A stretch of 24,983 nt of DNA from Candidatus Thermosaccharophagus tengchongensis. Lineage in GTDB: Bacteria > Armatimonadota > Fervidibacteria > Fervidibacterales > Thermosaccharophagaceae. Where the stretch lies: NCBI GenBank assembly GCA_032161105.1, contig JAVHTD010000033.1. One strand, 5' to 3'. The position numbers and the translations under genes are program-made. The notes under the pieces are model-generated. The model did no database searches, had not been told where the DNA came from, and worked only from the letters and a program-made list of their open reading frames with translations. Positions 9,310 through 19,595 of this stretch are shown here, piece by piece. The first letter of the stretch is position 1, and every line of letters starts with the position of its first letter.

Positions 9310-10547
9310 TATGCTCGGAACTTTTGCAGCCTCCCGCCGTGAGCGAGCATGAGGCTCATCGTCTCAATCATTGGGAAGTGACCGAGCATCCCCTTAGCAC
9401 AAGCCCTCTCGTTAAACCCGCTCGCATCGCTGTCCGGTATGACCCATCGGGAATGCAGAAGGAATGGCACAGGATGCCAACTGTGAGCGCGCCAAACGGA
9501 TGGCGTGCTGTGGTCGCCAGTTATGACGAGCACATCGGGATTGAGCTCAAGCACCCTCGGAAGGTGCTCATCAAACTCCTCAATCACCTTCACCTTGCCG
9601 TGCGCATCGCCATCCTCGCCGCGTGAGTCCGTTGGCTTGATGTGCAGGAAGAAGTAGTCAAACTCCCCGTAGTGCGTGCGTAGGGCTTCAATCTCGTCCG
9701 AGATGCTCTCGCCGCCGACCTCAATGAGTTTCATCCCGACAAGCTTCGCCAAGCCGCGATACATCGGGTAAACCGCAATAGCGCATGGTGTGAGCTTGAA
9801 CAACTCGTTCATGCTGGGCAGCTTTGGCACCTTTGAGAAGCCACGAAGCAGAACGAAGTTGGCTCTCGCCTCATTTCGCAGGAGCTCAGCAGCTCGCTCT
9901 ATAAACTGCGCAGCCAGCCTTGCCGTCCTCTCTGAAGGCTCATCCTCACCCTTTGGCGTTAGCGCCGGCGCACCAACAACTTGTGGATCTGTATCGTTTA
10001 CGGAATCGCCAAGTCCCTCGCCGCGAAATACGACGACAAACCTGTGCTCCTTCACCGGTCGGACAATAACCTCAACATCATCAATGCGCTCAACCGAGCT
10101 TTGAAGTAGCTCGCACAGCCTTTTGCATTCGTCGGTCGGAATTCGCCCCGCACGCCTGTCTGTGACTATCCAACTCCCGTTGTGCAGCTCAGCCGTAGCG
10201 AAGTTAGCCCTTATAGCCACATCATTCTCGGTCAGCTCCAATCCTATGCCGATGGCTTCAAGGACACCCCTTCCAATCTCGCATTCAATCGGGTCGTAGC
10301 CAAATAGCGCCATGTGTCCGGGGCTGCTTCCCGGCGTTATTCCGTGCCCAACTGGATATGCCAGTCCGAGTGCCGAGCGCCTTGCAAGTTCATCCAAGTT
10401 TGGCGTCATCGCAGCTTCAAGTTCTGTTCTCCAACCGAGTTCCTCAACTGGCAATCCACCAAGCCCATCAAGCACGATCAGCAATAGCTTTGTCTCGGCA
10501 GGCTCAACGAGCATGCTCAGAAGTTGTTGCTTGCTCATCGCATTCAT
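9309..10547 (-). CDS. apgM: 2,3-bisphosphoglycerate-independent phosphoglycerate mutase (archaeal-type)
   Basis: LDGLGG, TELEAA.TPNLD, PGS.PGH.ALFGYDP, GRGVLEA.G, DRRAGRI, D..GEDG, TGDHSTP and HSWHPVP motifs. The GGAGGTGG RBS places the start at ATG 10547. Confidence 0.93.
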   Translation of the reverse strand: MNAMSKQQLLSMLVEPAETKLLLIVLDGLGGLPVEELGWRTELEAAMTPNLDELARRSALGLAYPVGHGITPGSSPGHMALFGYDPIECEIGRGVLEAIGIGLELTENDVAIRANFATAELHNGSWIVTDRRAGRIPTDECKRLCELLQSSVERIDDVEVIVRPVKEHRFVVVFRGEGLGDSVNDTDPQVVGAPALTPKGEDEPSERTARLAAQFIERAAELLRNEARANFVLLRGFSKVPKLPSMNELFKLTPCAIAVYPMYRGLAKLVGMKLIEVGGESISDEIEALRTHYGEFDYFFLHIKPTDSRGEDGDAHGKVKVIEEFDEHLPRVLELNPDVLVITGDHSTPSVWRAHSWHPVPFLLHSRWVIPDSDASGFNERACAKGMLGHFPMIETMSLMLAHGGRLQKFRA

Positions 10548-10861
10548 CCTGACCACCTCCACAACCTCAAAGAGCGAGCGCCTCTCAAACGGGGAGCGGC
10601 TTCATCAGCGAACCCTTGCCCCTTTGTTTGCAGCTGCATTTGTTAGTTTCACACTGCACCCTCTTTCACTCATCAGATGGGCAAGCTGCATCTTTGGTTT
10701 CCCATTTTGGCATCACAAGCCAACGATTAGGATGCCGCAGAAGTGCTCCCCTGAGAGCACGCACAGCTAAAGCGCCAGATGGCAACAGGTGTGGTGATGT
10801 TGTCATCTTAATCATTGGCGCTTGCACAATTGATTGCCATTTGGTGGGAGTGATTGCGTGC

Positions 10862-13800
10862 ATGAGGATAAATGTTTCCCCTGCCCATTTGCGTTTGGCG
10901 CTCTGTTGGTTGACTGCTTTGCTGCTATCGCCTTACAGGTGCGCAAGTGGATTTCCTGAGGGGCAAGTTGCGAGGGTGCTAAATGCGCCAAGGGCTAATG
11001 TGAAGATGCAAATTGATGCCCTGCCAATTGAGTGGGCTATGACAGCGCCGTTGGCTGTCGGGAGCAGGGAACAAGTTCGTCCGAAGACTGCATGGGATGG
11101 TCCTCATGACTTGAGCGCTCTCATTCGGTGCATGTGGGATGAGGATGCGCTTTACGCCCTCATTGAAGTCTGCGATAGCAATGTCGTCATCAGCGACGAG
11201 ATCAGCCTTAGCGACCATCTTGTGATTTGGTTGGGCGAATACGGCATCCGCGTCGTTCCGCCTTTTGGGAAACAAGGCGCACGCGCATTTGATGCGCGGA
11301 CAAATTTGCAACTGCTTGAGGATGGCACATGGGCTGCTTCAGCGAACGGCGATTCTTGGTCTGTTGAGCTCCGCATCACATGGGATAAGCTCGCACAGCC
11401 AAATCCAGAAGGCGGAACTAAACTCGCCTTAAGCCTTGAAGTGAATGATGTTGACTCGTTTGGCGACAAGAAGACATTGAACGCTGCTGATATGAACTGC
11501 ATCACAGTCGTGCTTGATGATAGGGGACCGAGCCAATTGCTCACCGATACTGGTGTGCTTAGCGGCGCATGTTTGATAGAGACGAGCGCAAGTGAGCTCG
11601 TGCCGAATACCGAGTTGCAGATTGACATCCTGTTTCCACGCCTTCTCCTCGGCATAAGCGGAGTTGAGGCGGCTGTCGTGGATGACGCCGGAAACGAACT
11701 CGAGATGAAGCCGCTACACAGGGAACGCTGCGGCATCTTTTGGCGCTGGAGATATTCGTGGCTGATACCGCCGGAGGCTCATGGCAACTACAGCTTGAAG
11801 CTCAGCTTGCTCGGTGCTGATAACAAGCTGCTCACTGTGGTGGCTTACAGCATTGGAAGCACGGTGCACATTTCAACCCTGGACATGCGGATGCAAATTG
11901 ATGAACTTGTGTCCGAAGCGCGCTCACAGACTTTCAGGGCAAGGAGGCTGGGCGATGAAGTTGCTTGCGGGCGTTGGGCGACGCTTTGGTTGCATGCGGG
12001 CAGGCTGCAGGACGACTTTACAAGGATGACAAACGAGGAGCCAACACTTGATGCGGCTAAAGCCTTCTTGGCGCGCCTAAGCGACCTTCAAGGGATGCGC
12101 AAAAACATACTCTCCGGCAAAGACCCATTTGATGGGCGTAGCGGCGTGATTGAGCGCGCATACCTATCCGAGTTGGATAACACATTGCAGCCGTATTCGG
12201 TCTACATCCCGCCAATCTATCATGATGTGCTTTCGGGGAAGCCCGTTAAGTTGCCAAATGAACTGACAAGGGTTCTTGCCGAGGATGAGGAGCTTGCGAA
12301 GGCGCTTGATTTGAAATCCTTTAGGGTCAGCGGCTTCCCTATGGTTGTGCAACTTCACGGGTTGGGCGGAACACACGGAATTAGCTCACCGCCGCCGTCA
12401 AGCCCGCTTTGGGCTGTAATCATCTTGTCGCCATATGGGCGAGGTCCAACCGACTACAAATTGTGGGGCGAGGCGGATGTAATTCGTGCCATTAAGGAGG
12501 TGATGCGCACATATCGCGTTGATGAGGACAGAGTCTACATGACGGGGGTCTCAATGGGCGGGACTGGGTGTTGGCAGATTGCAACGCATTACCCGGATGT
12601 GTTTGCGGCTATTGCGCCCGTATGTGGCAATGCTGACCACAGGGTTTGGGAGAGGGAATGGAATTGGGGGCAACCCGAGAGGACATTCATGACCGATGTG
12701 CGCAACTTCTTGGAGAACTGCGAGAGCCCAGTTTTCCTCGCCGAGAACTTGATGCATGTGCCCGTCTATTGTGTTCACGGTGATGCCGATGATGTCGTTC
12801 CAGTTGGGCACTCAAGGAGCATGGTTGGGAGATTGCGCGAGCTCGGTTACAGCGTCATCTACGATGAACAAAAGGGTGTTGGGCATGGTGGCTTTCATGC
12901 GGGCACCTTTGAGAAGTTACATGCTTGGATGCTGAAGCAGGTGCGCAATCGCTATCCAAAGAGGGTCGTCTACAAGACCGGTTGGCTGAGATACAGTGGC
13001 GCATATTGGGTTGAGATAAATCGCTTTGAGCGCTACCTCAACTTCGCCATCATTGATGCCGAGGTTGTTTCACCAAATGCCATTTCGGTGCGCACAAGCA
13101 ATGTTGCTCATTTCACTCTGCGCCTCAATGACAACATAGTTGACACAACCAAGCCCGTGAGTATCTCCATTGACGGCGAGTTTGTGTATCGTGGTGGCGT
13201 TGGCAGGGATGGCTCTTTGTCGTTTGCAAAGCGCTGCCTCCCCGACGGAACATCTCAATGGGTTCCATCCGCTCAACCACATGGCATGGTCAAGTCAGCG
13301 CGCCTTGAAGGTCCGATTGAGGCTGCCTTCTTATCGCACTTCATCATCGCTTATGGCACAGTCGGCGATGACAGCAACGAGGTTGAAGTGAACGAAGCTG
13401 AAGCGAGGAAGCTTGCAGCGCATTGGGCGAGGTGGGCGAGCGGGAGGGCAATCGTAAAGCGAGATGTTGATGTGACGAGTGATGATATCGCAAACGCCAA
13501 CATTGTGCTCATAGGCAACTTGAAGAGCAATCACATCGTCAGGCAGGTAAACTCATTCCTGCCGATAAGGTTTGATGTGGGCAGCAATGCAGTCTTGATG
13601 GCAAACGGATTGCGATTTGAGGGCGATGATGTCGGCATCAATCTGGTGTATCCGAACCCGCTCAATCCAAAAAAGCTCATCGTCATACTTGGTGGCACAA
13701 CATGGAAGGGCACATTTGATGTTGTCAGGCGCTTCGGTAACTGGTTTGATTGGGGCGTGCTTGACCACAGGAAGTGGTATGACTTTGCCATCTACGATGC

Positions 13801-16800
13801 GCGGACGAGAGACGCAGAGGCATTTTTGGCAGTTGGCTTCTTTGACCAAGATTGGATGCTCTCGGGCGAACTGACATTTTACGGCGATGCCAAGTTCAGA
13901 CAAGCAACGCCACCACACTCACCACCGAGCAGGCGATGGGCGGGAACGCTTGAGCGCGCCGTTTATTTGAGCGACTTGAAGCCAATCAACTTCTCATCCG
14001 ACAAGGGACCGCTCGGAATAGACCGCACGACAGACGGATACCAGTTAACGCTTGGCGGAAGGCAATACAGCAAGGGGCTGAGCGTCCACCCGGATGCCGA
14101 GATCGTTTACGACATTGGCGGGCGTTTTAAGGCGTTTGAGTGTGTCGTCGGGATTGACACATCCGGCGAGAAGCCGGTCTCAAGGGCGAGGGAGCAAGCT
14201 GAGACGGTCACATTCCAAATCTTTGGCGATGGCAAGCTGCTCGCCGAAGTCACCGATGTCAAGTGGAACACGCCGCCAAAGCGCATAATGGTCAGCGTTG
14301 AAGGCGTGAGCATCCTCAAGCTCGTTGCGAGGCGTCAGAGTGGCGCAAGGTGGCTTTACGGCAAGGTTGATTTTGCTGACGCAAAACTGCTCAACGATAC
14401 GATGCACCAGCCTGATGCAGTTGGCGCGTTTGCGCTCTCAAAAGCGATTGACGGTGAAGTGTATGTAGTGCTCCCGAGAAGCCTCTATCAGGAGATTGAG
14501 TTGAATGACAGCTGGCGCATGCGTCCTGCGAGCTATGGCGAAGGCGTTGAGAGGGGTTGGCACGAAAAACCATTTGAGGTTGCTGAAGATGGCGCAAAGC
14601 CTCCCGACGATGAGCAGTTAGTCGCGGATGCCAAGCTCAAAGGCGAGCCCGAATTTGAGCCGCAAGGTGAACAGCCGGATTTGCAGCAATGGCAATTTGG
14701 TCTCCCTGCGGATTTGGGTGAGGTTGATCAGAAGGCTGAGATTAAGGGGTTGGAGTTACAAGTTAAGCTGCCGATGAGCGTGCACGGTGCTCTCATCCAA
14801 CATGGCATTCTGCAAGACCCGTGCATCGGTGAGCATCGCGCCAATGACTTTTTGAAGGAAAACAAGCAGCTGAGGTTGGCGGTTGACGAGGTTGGTGAAT
14901 TTGAGTGGTGGTTGCAGAGGGTTTTCCAAGTTCCCGAGGATTGGCGTTACAGGGTGGTGCTGCTTGAGCTAAACGGTGTGAGCTATCAAGCCGATGTGTG
15001 GGTGAATGGGAAGCCTGCGGGGAATTTGCGCGGCATGTGGCAAAGGCGCTCATTTGACATCACGACATTGCTAAATTTCGGCGGCGAGAATTTGCTCTCA
15101 ATTCGCCTCACCGACAGGGGAGTGCCGTGGACTTGCCCACCAAGGCGCATTGAACCGCCAAAGCCGTATGAGGCGCTTTTGCCGTCACTGTTTGATGGTG
15201 AGAGTGGTGGCATGAAGCTCATCCCGATCGGCATATGGCAGCCGATAAAGTTGCGCACCGTTGGGATGTGCATGCTTTCAAACTTGCGCATCAAAACGCT
15301 GTCGGCATCGCTTCATGAGGCATTGGTGCGCGTAGCGGTTACGGCAGTGAATGTGCACCCGCAAAGAGCAATCAAGGTGATGCTGCATGGGCAAATTGGC
15401 GGGTGCGGGTTTGTTTGGGGACAGCAGATTGAGCCGCAGGTTGTGGAACTCTCGGGTGGGGAGGCAAAAGATGTGGTTTGGTATGTGAGGTTGGGCAATC
15501 CGAGGCTTTGGTGGACGCATGATTTGTCGCAGGCGAGCGTTTATCAAATCGTCATCACGGCAACGCTTGATGGTGGCATCGTCACGGATGAACTAAGGTG
15601 TGAATTTGGCATACGCAAGGTTGAAGTTGCTCCACCGCAGGCTGCGGTCAAAGTGGCTGGCGGCATGGTGCGGCTTAACGGTGAGAGGTTTGTGCCAATC
15701 AAGGGGACGACATGGGTTGCTTCGGATCAATTGCTCAGGTTCACTGAAGAGCGCTATGAGAGGCTCTTGAAGAGGTTGATCCAACTTGGCTTCAATTGCC
15801 TTTATGTGAGTGGCACGACGCTGCCGGAGAGTGACTCCTTTTACAGCCTTTGCGACCGCTATGGCATCTTCGTCATTCAGGAGCTCCCAATCAGCGCGAT
15901 TGATTTGAGCCGAATAAAGCGAGACGAGTTGCTTGAGGCTGTCAGGCAGCTTGCCTTGAGGTTGCGCAATCATCCGAGCTTGCTCATGTGGAGTCTTGGC
16001 GTGAGCGAGGCGCAGGAGGCACAAGCAGTTGAGTTTGTTCAGAAGCTCATGGAGTTGCTCGCAAGCGTTGATGATGAGCGCATGATAGTCGTCAGGCTTG
16101 AATGGGGCAAGCAAAACTGCATCGCTCAAAGGGCGACAGATGACGCACTTGACATTTTGCCAAGCATGCCCTTGCTGCTCTACATGGGGGGCTTGCCGCC
16201 GGCTAAAGTTGGCAGTGATAGCGTGCACGATTGGCTCGCAACCAAGAGCGCAGTTGAGAGGATGCTCAGTAGTGCAAATTATGGCGGGTTCATCATTGGG
16301 CAATTCAATGAGCCGCGCATTGGCAGCGGGAGGGCGCTTGTCCAGTATGATGGTGGGATTACTCCGCCAGCATATGCGTTTGCTCGTGCGCTTCGCTCAG
16401 AGTTGCTGTTGGCTTTCAACGATAATGCAGTTTGCGTTATGCGCCAAAAGGGCGCTCGCGGCAAATTGGACGCAGCATTGCAAGTGGTTGCGTGTGATAG
16501 GCATGGCTCAATAAGGCAATCAATCGTGCTGATGCGAAACATTCATCCGGGTGAGAGGCGCACCGTTAAGCTCTCCGAGATTTGTGGTGGGCTGCTGGAT
16601 GACTGCCTCATCGGTGCTGGAGTGTATGTGCTCGGTGAGCGTGCGCCGTCATTTGTGACCGTGTCTGGCAACATTGACATTGTTCAAAGGCTTGCTGAAG
16701 GAGATGTGAAACGCGCTGCGCACATTGGCGCTGTGCCAATTCACAAGGCGATTTGGGTGGCAAAGGATGTGAACGCAGCCAACAGTGTCGCATCTGCGAT

Positions 16801-17974
16801 TGGCATAGCTGGCACACAGATAAAAGTTGTGCCAGTTGAGGATGTGATAGCCGATGACAAAGTCCTCACAAGCGCGCTTGAAGAAGTTGATGCCATCATC
16901 GTTGACGGTGAGGCTGTGAAGGCGTTCATCCATGCTGGCGTTGATGAGCGAGTTGGTGAGGCTATCGCAAAGGCTGTCTGGCGGGGCATTGGCTTGCTCT
17001 TCAATGGCTTGCCAGAAGTCCAAATCGGCGAAGCACCATTAAGTGGTCACATTCCATCACTTATGCCGGCAGTGTCATTCCTTGGCGCAGCCGAATTGGT
17101 TGAAGCCGACCTTAAAGTTGAGGAGCCAGAACATATCGCATTGAAGTGGCTCAACACAGCGGGCGCAAAAATTCGCAGGTGCGAAATGAGGGTGATTGTG
17201 CGCAGGGGTGCCATCGTCATCATCAGTGACAACATTGGCACGCCAATCCTGATTGAGAGCGCATATGGCAAAGGGAGAGTGCTTGCGTGGGTGGTCAACA
17301 TTGCATCGGATGAGTCTGCCATTACTCCGGCATCGTTTGCACAAGGTGCATTTGCGCTAACTCTCCTGTATGCCTGCAAGGCGCCTTTCGCTGCCATGAG
17401 GGCGTTAGCTAAGGTGCTGCAAGGGGTTGAACGAGAGCCAACTGAGGGTGCATTGCCTGAAGGTGAGAGATGGCAGAAGGAGCCCATTGAGCAACCTCAA
17501 CAATTTGAAGGTGAGCAGCAGTTTGAGGAGCAACCTTTTGGTGAGCGTTGGGGGATCGGCACGGAGCAATTCAAGTTTGAAGGGCTTCAACAGCCAACAG
17601 TAGAGCGACAGCAAGTTGAGCAAAGGGAAGCAGCAGCGCTTGTTGAAGGGATGCGCAAAGGGCAAATTGGTTTGATTGAAGTTAGCATTGAGCCAAAGGC
17701 GATTGAGCTGACTGAGGATGGCTTTCGCATAGAGGTGCGAATCAAGAACGGATTTGCGTTTCCGATGCCAGCTGTGGTGATAGAGGGCGAGTTGGATGGC
17801 TTGGGGGCTGAATTTGAGGATAACATGTTTGACATGATGCCGATGCAGGAGAAGAGTGTATGGCTTTCCCTTGGCAAGGCTGGTTTAAATGGGGAGAAGG
17901 TATTGCAAGTGAAAGTGAGGACACTCATCGGTGATGCAAAGCTGCTACTCACATTGCAACTGCCAAAGCCATGA
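10862..17974 (+). CDS. Giant secreted multidomain protein (~2370 aa): CBM9-like, alpha/beta-hydrolase (esterase/S9-like), NPCBM/NEW2, GH2 beta-mannosidase-like, GATase-like and Ig modules
   Basis: ATG 10862 with GGGAG upstream and a signal peptide. Motifs: WDGPHDLSA...WDEDALY; LHG.GG, G-V-S-M-G-G, HGDADDVVP, GVGH; VYLSDL...YSKGLSVH...F...VGID; LELNGVSYQADVWVNG, GIWQPI, PRLWW, FGIRKVE, FY.LCD.YGI.V.QE, RLRNHPSL.MW; terminal FEDNMFDMMP. Confidence 0.85.
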   Translation: MRINVSPAHLRLALCWLTALLLSPYRCASGFPEGQVARVLNAPRANVKMQIDALPIEWAMTAPLAVGSREQVRPKTAWDGPHDLSALIRCMWDEDALYALIEVCDSNVVISDEISLSDHLVIWLGEYGIRVVPPFGKQGARAFDARTNLQLLEDGTWAASANGDSWSVELRITWDKLAQPNPEGGTKLALSLEVNDVDSFGDKKTLNAADMNCITVVLDDRGPSQLLTDTGVLSGACLIETSASELVPNTELQIDILFPRLLLGISGVEAAVVDDAGNELEMKPLHRERCGIFWRWRYSWLIPPEAHGNYSLKLSLLGADNKLLTVVAYSIGSTVHISTLDMRMQIDELVSEARSQTFRARRLGDEVACGRWATLWLHAGRLQDDFTRMTNEEPTLDAAKAFLARLSDLQGMRKNILSGKDPFDGRSGVIERAYLSELDNTLQPYSVYIPPIYHDVLSGKPVKLPNELTRVLAEDEELAKALDLKSFRVSGFPMVVQLHGLGGTHGISSPPPSSPLWAVIILSPYGRGPTDYKLWGEADVIRAIKEVMRTYRVDEDRVYMTGVSMGGTGCWQIATHYPDVFAAIAPVCGNADHRVWEREWNWGQPERTFMTDVRNFLENCESPVFLAENLMHVPVYCVHGDADDVVPVGHSRSMVGRLRELGYSVIYDEQKGVGHGGFHAGTFEKLHAWMLKQVRNRYPKRVVYKTGWLRYSGAYWVEINRFERYLNFAIIDAEVVSPNAISVRTSNVAHFTLRLNDNIVDTTKPVSISIDGEFVYRGGVGRDGSLSFAKRCLPDGTSQWVPSAQPHGMVKSARLEGPIEAAFLSHFIIAYGTVGDDSNEVEVNEAEARKLAAHWARWASGRAIVKRDVDVTSDDIANANIVLIGNLKSNHIVRQVNSFLPIRFDVGSNAVLMANGLRFEGDDVGINLVYPNPLNPKKLIVILGGTTWKGTFDVVRRFGNWFDWGVLDHRKWYDFAIYDARTRDAEAFLAVGFFDQDWMLSGELTFYGDAKFRQATPPHSPPSRRWAGTLERAVYLSDLKPINFSSDKGPLGIDRTTDGYQLTLGGRQYSKGLSVHPDAEIVYDIGGRFKAFECVVGIDTSGEKPVSRAREQAETVTFQIFGDGKLLAEVTDVKWNTPPKRIMVSVEGVSILKLVARRQSGARWLYGKVDFADAKLLNDTMHQPDAVGAFALSKAIDGEVYVVLPRSLYQEIELNDSWRMRPASYGEGVERGWHEKPFEVAEDGAKPPDDEQLVADAKLKGEPEFEPQGEQPDLQQWQFGLPADLGEVDQKAEIKGLELQVKLPMSVHGALIQHGILQDPCIGEHRANDFLKENKQLRLAVDEVGEFEWWLQRVFQVPEDWRYRVVLLELNGVSYQADVWVNGKPAGNLRGMWQRRSFDITTLLNFGGENLLSIRLTDRGVPWTCPPRRIEPPKPYEALLPSLFDGESGGMKLIPIGIWQPIKLRTVGMCMLSNLRIKTLSASLHEALVRVAVTAVNVHPQRAIKVMLHGQIGGCGFVWGQQIEPQVVELSGGEAKDVVWYVRLGNPRLWWTHDLSQASVYQIVITATLDGGIVTDELRCEFGIRKVEVAPPQAAVKVAGGMVRLNGERFVPIKGTTWVASDQLLRFTEERYERLLKRLIQLGFNCLYVSGTTLPESDSFYSLCDRYGIFVIQELPISAIDLSRIKRDELLEAVRQLALRLRNHPSLLMWSLGVSEAQEAQAVEFVQKLMELLASVDDERMIVVRLEWGKQNCIAQRATDDALDILPSMPLLLYMGGLPPAKVGSDSVHDWLATKSAVERMLSSANYGGFIIGQFNEPRIGSGRALVQYDGGITPPAYAFARALRSELLLAFNDNAVCVMRQKGARGKLDAALQVVACDRHGSIRQSIVLMRNIHPGERRTVKLSEICGGLLDDCLIGAGVYVLGERAPSFVTVSGNIDIVQRLAEGDVKRAAHIGAVPIHKAIWVAKDVNAANSVASAIGIAGTQIKVVPVEDVIADDKVLTSALEEVDAIIVDGEAVKAFIHAGVDERVGEAIAKAVWRGIGLLFNGLPEVQIGEAPLSGHIPSLMPAVSFLGAAELVEADLKVEEPEHIALKWLNTAGAKIRRCEMRVIVRRGAIVIISDNIGTPILIESAYGKGRVLAWVVNIASDESAITPASFAQGAFALTLLYACKAPFAAMRALAKVLQGVEREPTEGALPEGERWQKEPIEQPQQFEGEQQFEEQPFGERWGIGTEQFKFEGLQQPTVERQQVEQREAAALVEGMRKGQIGLIEVSIEPKAIELTEDGFRIEVRIKNGFAFPMPAVVIEGELDGLGAEFEDNMFDMMPMQEKSVWLSLGKAGLNGEKVLQVKVRTLIGDAKLLLTLQLPKP

Positions 17975-17983
17975 TGGCAGGTG

Positions 17984-18338
17984 GTTTGTAGTTAGGCACG
18001 AAACGAAGTGAAGTGCCGTCAATGATGATGTGGACGCCACTCCGCCATCGCTTCGTGGCTTACTACGAACGGCTGTGAGGTTCGTAGTTAGGCACGAAAC
18101 GAAGTGAAGTGCCGTCAATGATGTTATGATGGACGCCACCTCGCTTTTGCTTCGTGGCTTACTACGAACGATGTCATGATGACGCCACTCCGCTTTGTGG
18201 CGGAGGTTCGTAGTAAGGCACGAAACGAAGTGTAGTGCCGTCAATGATGTCATGATGAACGCCACTTCGCTATTGCTTCGTGGCTTACTACGAACAATAT
18301 CATGATGACGCCACTTCGCTTTGTGGCTTACTACGAAC
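17984..18338. repeat. Array of REP-doublet (REPIN-like) elements, family A: three full copies (17984-18070, 18080-18169, 18206-18295) plus two half copies
   Basis: Each copy runs GTTYGTAGTWAGGCAC-GAAACGAAGTGWA-GTGCCGTCA...ACGCCAC...GCTTCGTGGCTTACTACGAAC. These are two inverted arms, each with GTAG followed by a short palindrome. Confidence 0.9.
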
Positions 18339-18362
18339 GGTGCATTGCTCAATTGATGTCGT

Positions 18363-18393
18363 TTGACGAGATTGCAATGTGAGACTTTACAAT
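18363..18393 (+). promoter_or_regulatory. Possible sigma70 promoter of pilin-like gene 1 (identical copy at 19618-19648)
   Basis: TTGACG, 19 bp, TACAAT. The spacer is longer than optimal. Confidence 0.4.
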
Positions 18394-18525
18394 CAAATTG
18401 CGCCATGCCAAAGTTAGGTTGTGGGAGTTGGGTTTTCTGAATGGGGTCAATCTCACACCGAAGGAGGTGATGCGGTGAAAGTTCACAGGGGCAGTTGTCC
18501 GAGTTCACGACGAGGAACGATGTGA

Positions 18526-18547
18526 GGCGGACTATCGTCCGCCCTAC
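18526..18547 (-). repeat. Single GTAG-type REP (second copy at 19782-19803)
   Basis: Minus strand GTAG-GGCGGAC-GATA-GTCCGCC. Confidence 0.75.
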
Positions 18548-18618
18548 AATCTCCACATGATGTTGTGTGAGGCTTTGAATGTGGTGTGTTCAAAATAAAC
18601 TCAAGGGAGGGATGTGAA

Positions 18619-19329
18619 ATGAAGCGAGCAAGTAGAATGCTTAGGTTGAGATGGGTAGGTTTTACGCTGATAGAGCTGCTGGTGGTGATAGCGATAATCG
18701 CCATCTTGGCAGCGATTCTGTTCCCTGTGTTTGCGAGGGCGAGGGAAAAAGCGAGAACTGCGTCATGTCAAAACAACTTGAAGCAATTGGTTGTGGGCGT
18801 ATTGGCGTATGTTCAAGATTACGATGAGATGTTCCCAATATTCGGTCCTCAGTGGGGTCAGAACCCAGACCCACCAGGCAGCGGTGTTTGTTGGTGGTTG
18901 GGAATCTACCCGTATGTCAAGAATGCACAAATTTATGTATGCCCACGCTACCCAGTTACAGGACCGTTTACTTACTGGGGACGAACTTTTGAAGTGGTGC
19001 CCAGGTATGGCATGAACCCCCGCATACATGTCGGTGTTCCGCTGGGTGGCAGTGGTGGCTTACATATTGCCAGCGTTAGAGCACCTGCTATGTTGGTAGT
19101 ATTGGCAGATAGCTGCCATGCGATGGGAGACGACTGGCGCTTTGCATGGCCATTAGCTCCGGGAGGTTATAATTCCACTCCCCGAAAGTGTGATGCAGCT
19201 CGGACTCAGCAGAACGAGGATTGGGCACCACACTTGGGTGGCACCAATTACGCATTTGCTGACGGGCATGTTAAGTGGCTTAAGGACAAGACTTTTTGGG
19301 CTGACCGAAGCACATACATGACGCCATAG
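18619..19329 (+). CDS. Prepilin-type N-terminal cleavage/methylation protein with H-X9-DG motif (DUF1559-like)
   Basis: [84 protein letters not shown]. Confidence 0.93.
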   Translation: MKRASRMLRLRWVGFTLIELLVVIAIIAILAAILFPVFARAREKARTASCQNNLKQLVVGVLAYVQDYDEMFPIFGPQWGQNPDPPGSGVCWWLGIYPYVKNAQIYVCPRYPVTGPFTYWGRTFEVVPRYGMNPRIHVGVPLGGSGGLHIASVRAPAMLVVLADSCHAMGDDWRFAWPLAPGGYNSTPRKCDAARTQQNEDWAPHLGGTNYAFADGHVKWLKDKTFWADRSTYMTP

Positions 19330-19398
19330 GTGAGGTTAATCAAAGCCATCACACGGATTGCATGCGCTGTAAGGTGACAGGGCGAGAAGTGCCTTATT

Positions 19399-19593
19399 TT
19401 CGTTATCGCTTCGCAGCTTACTACGAATGATTGTGATGGACGCTATTTGAGGCACGAAACGAAGTGAAGTGCCGTCAACGATGTCATGATGAACCGTCAA
19501 CGATGTCATGTTAACGCCACTCCGCTATTGCTTCGTGGCTTACTACGAACGATGTCGTGATGACGCCACTTCGCTTTGTGGCTTACTACGAAC
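19399..19593. repeat. Family A REP-doublet cluster (degenerate half copy, near-full copy with internal duplication, half copy)
   Basis: GGCACGAAACGAAGTGAAGTGCCGTCA at 19451; CCGTCAACGATGTCATG duplicated; arms end in GGCTTACTACGAAC at 19550 and 19593. Confidence 0.85.
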
Positions 19594-19595
19594 AA

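Larger units (their letters stand above)
18341..18710 (+). repeat. Direct repeat copy 1: promoter, leader and prepilin N-terminus block
   Basis: Matches 19596-19966 with about 5 substitutions and one 1-nt indel. Confidence 0.95.

Noticed and set aside
10616..10861. N-terminal 82 codons of the tracked 2452-aa ORF
   Set aside because: TTG start with no RBS; the signal peptide and RBS fit ATG 10862. No riboswitch was recognised in this divergent intergenic region.
17984..18338. CRISPR array
   Set aside because: The units are ~90-nt inverted doublets with no unique spacers of regular length, copies also occur inside a gene, and there are no cas genes in the window.
17945..18556. 203-aa minus-strand ORF with internal repeats (also 19506-19763)
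   Set aside because: It is a read-through of the REP array and the antisense leader, with no RBS or protein-like features.
17984..19593. Integron attC sites flanking pilin cassettes
   Set aside because: attC runs RYYYAAC...GTTRRRY, whereas these elements start with GTT and end with AAC. The genes carry their own leader/promoter and no integrase is visible.
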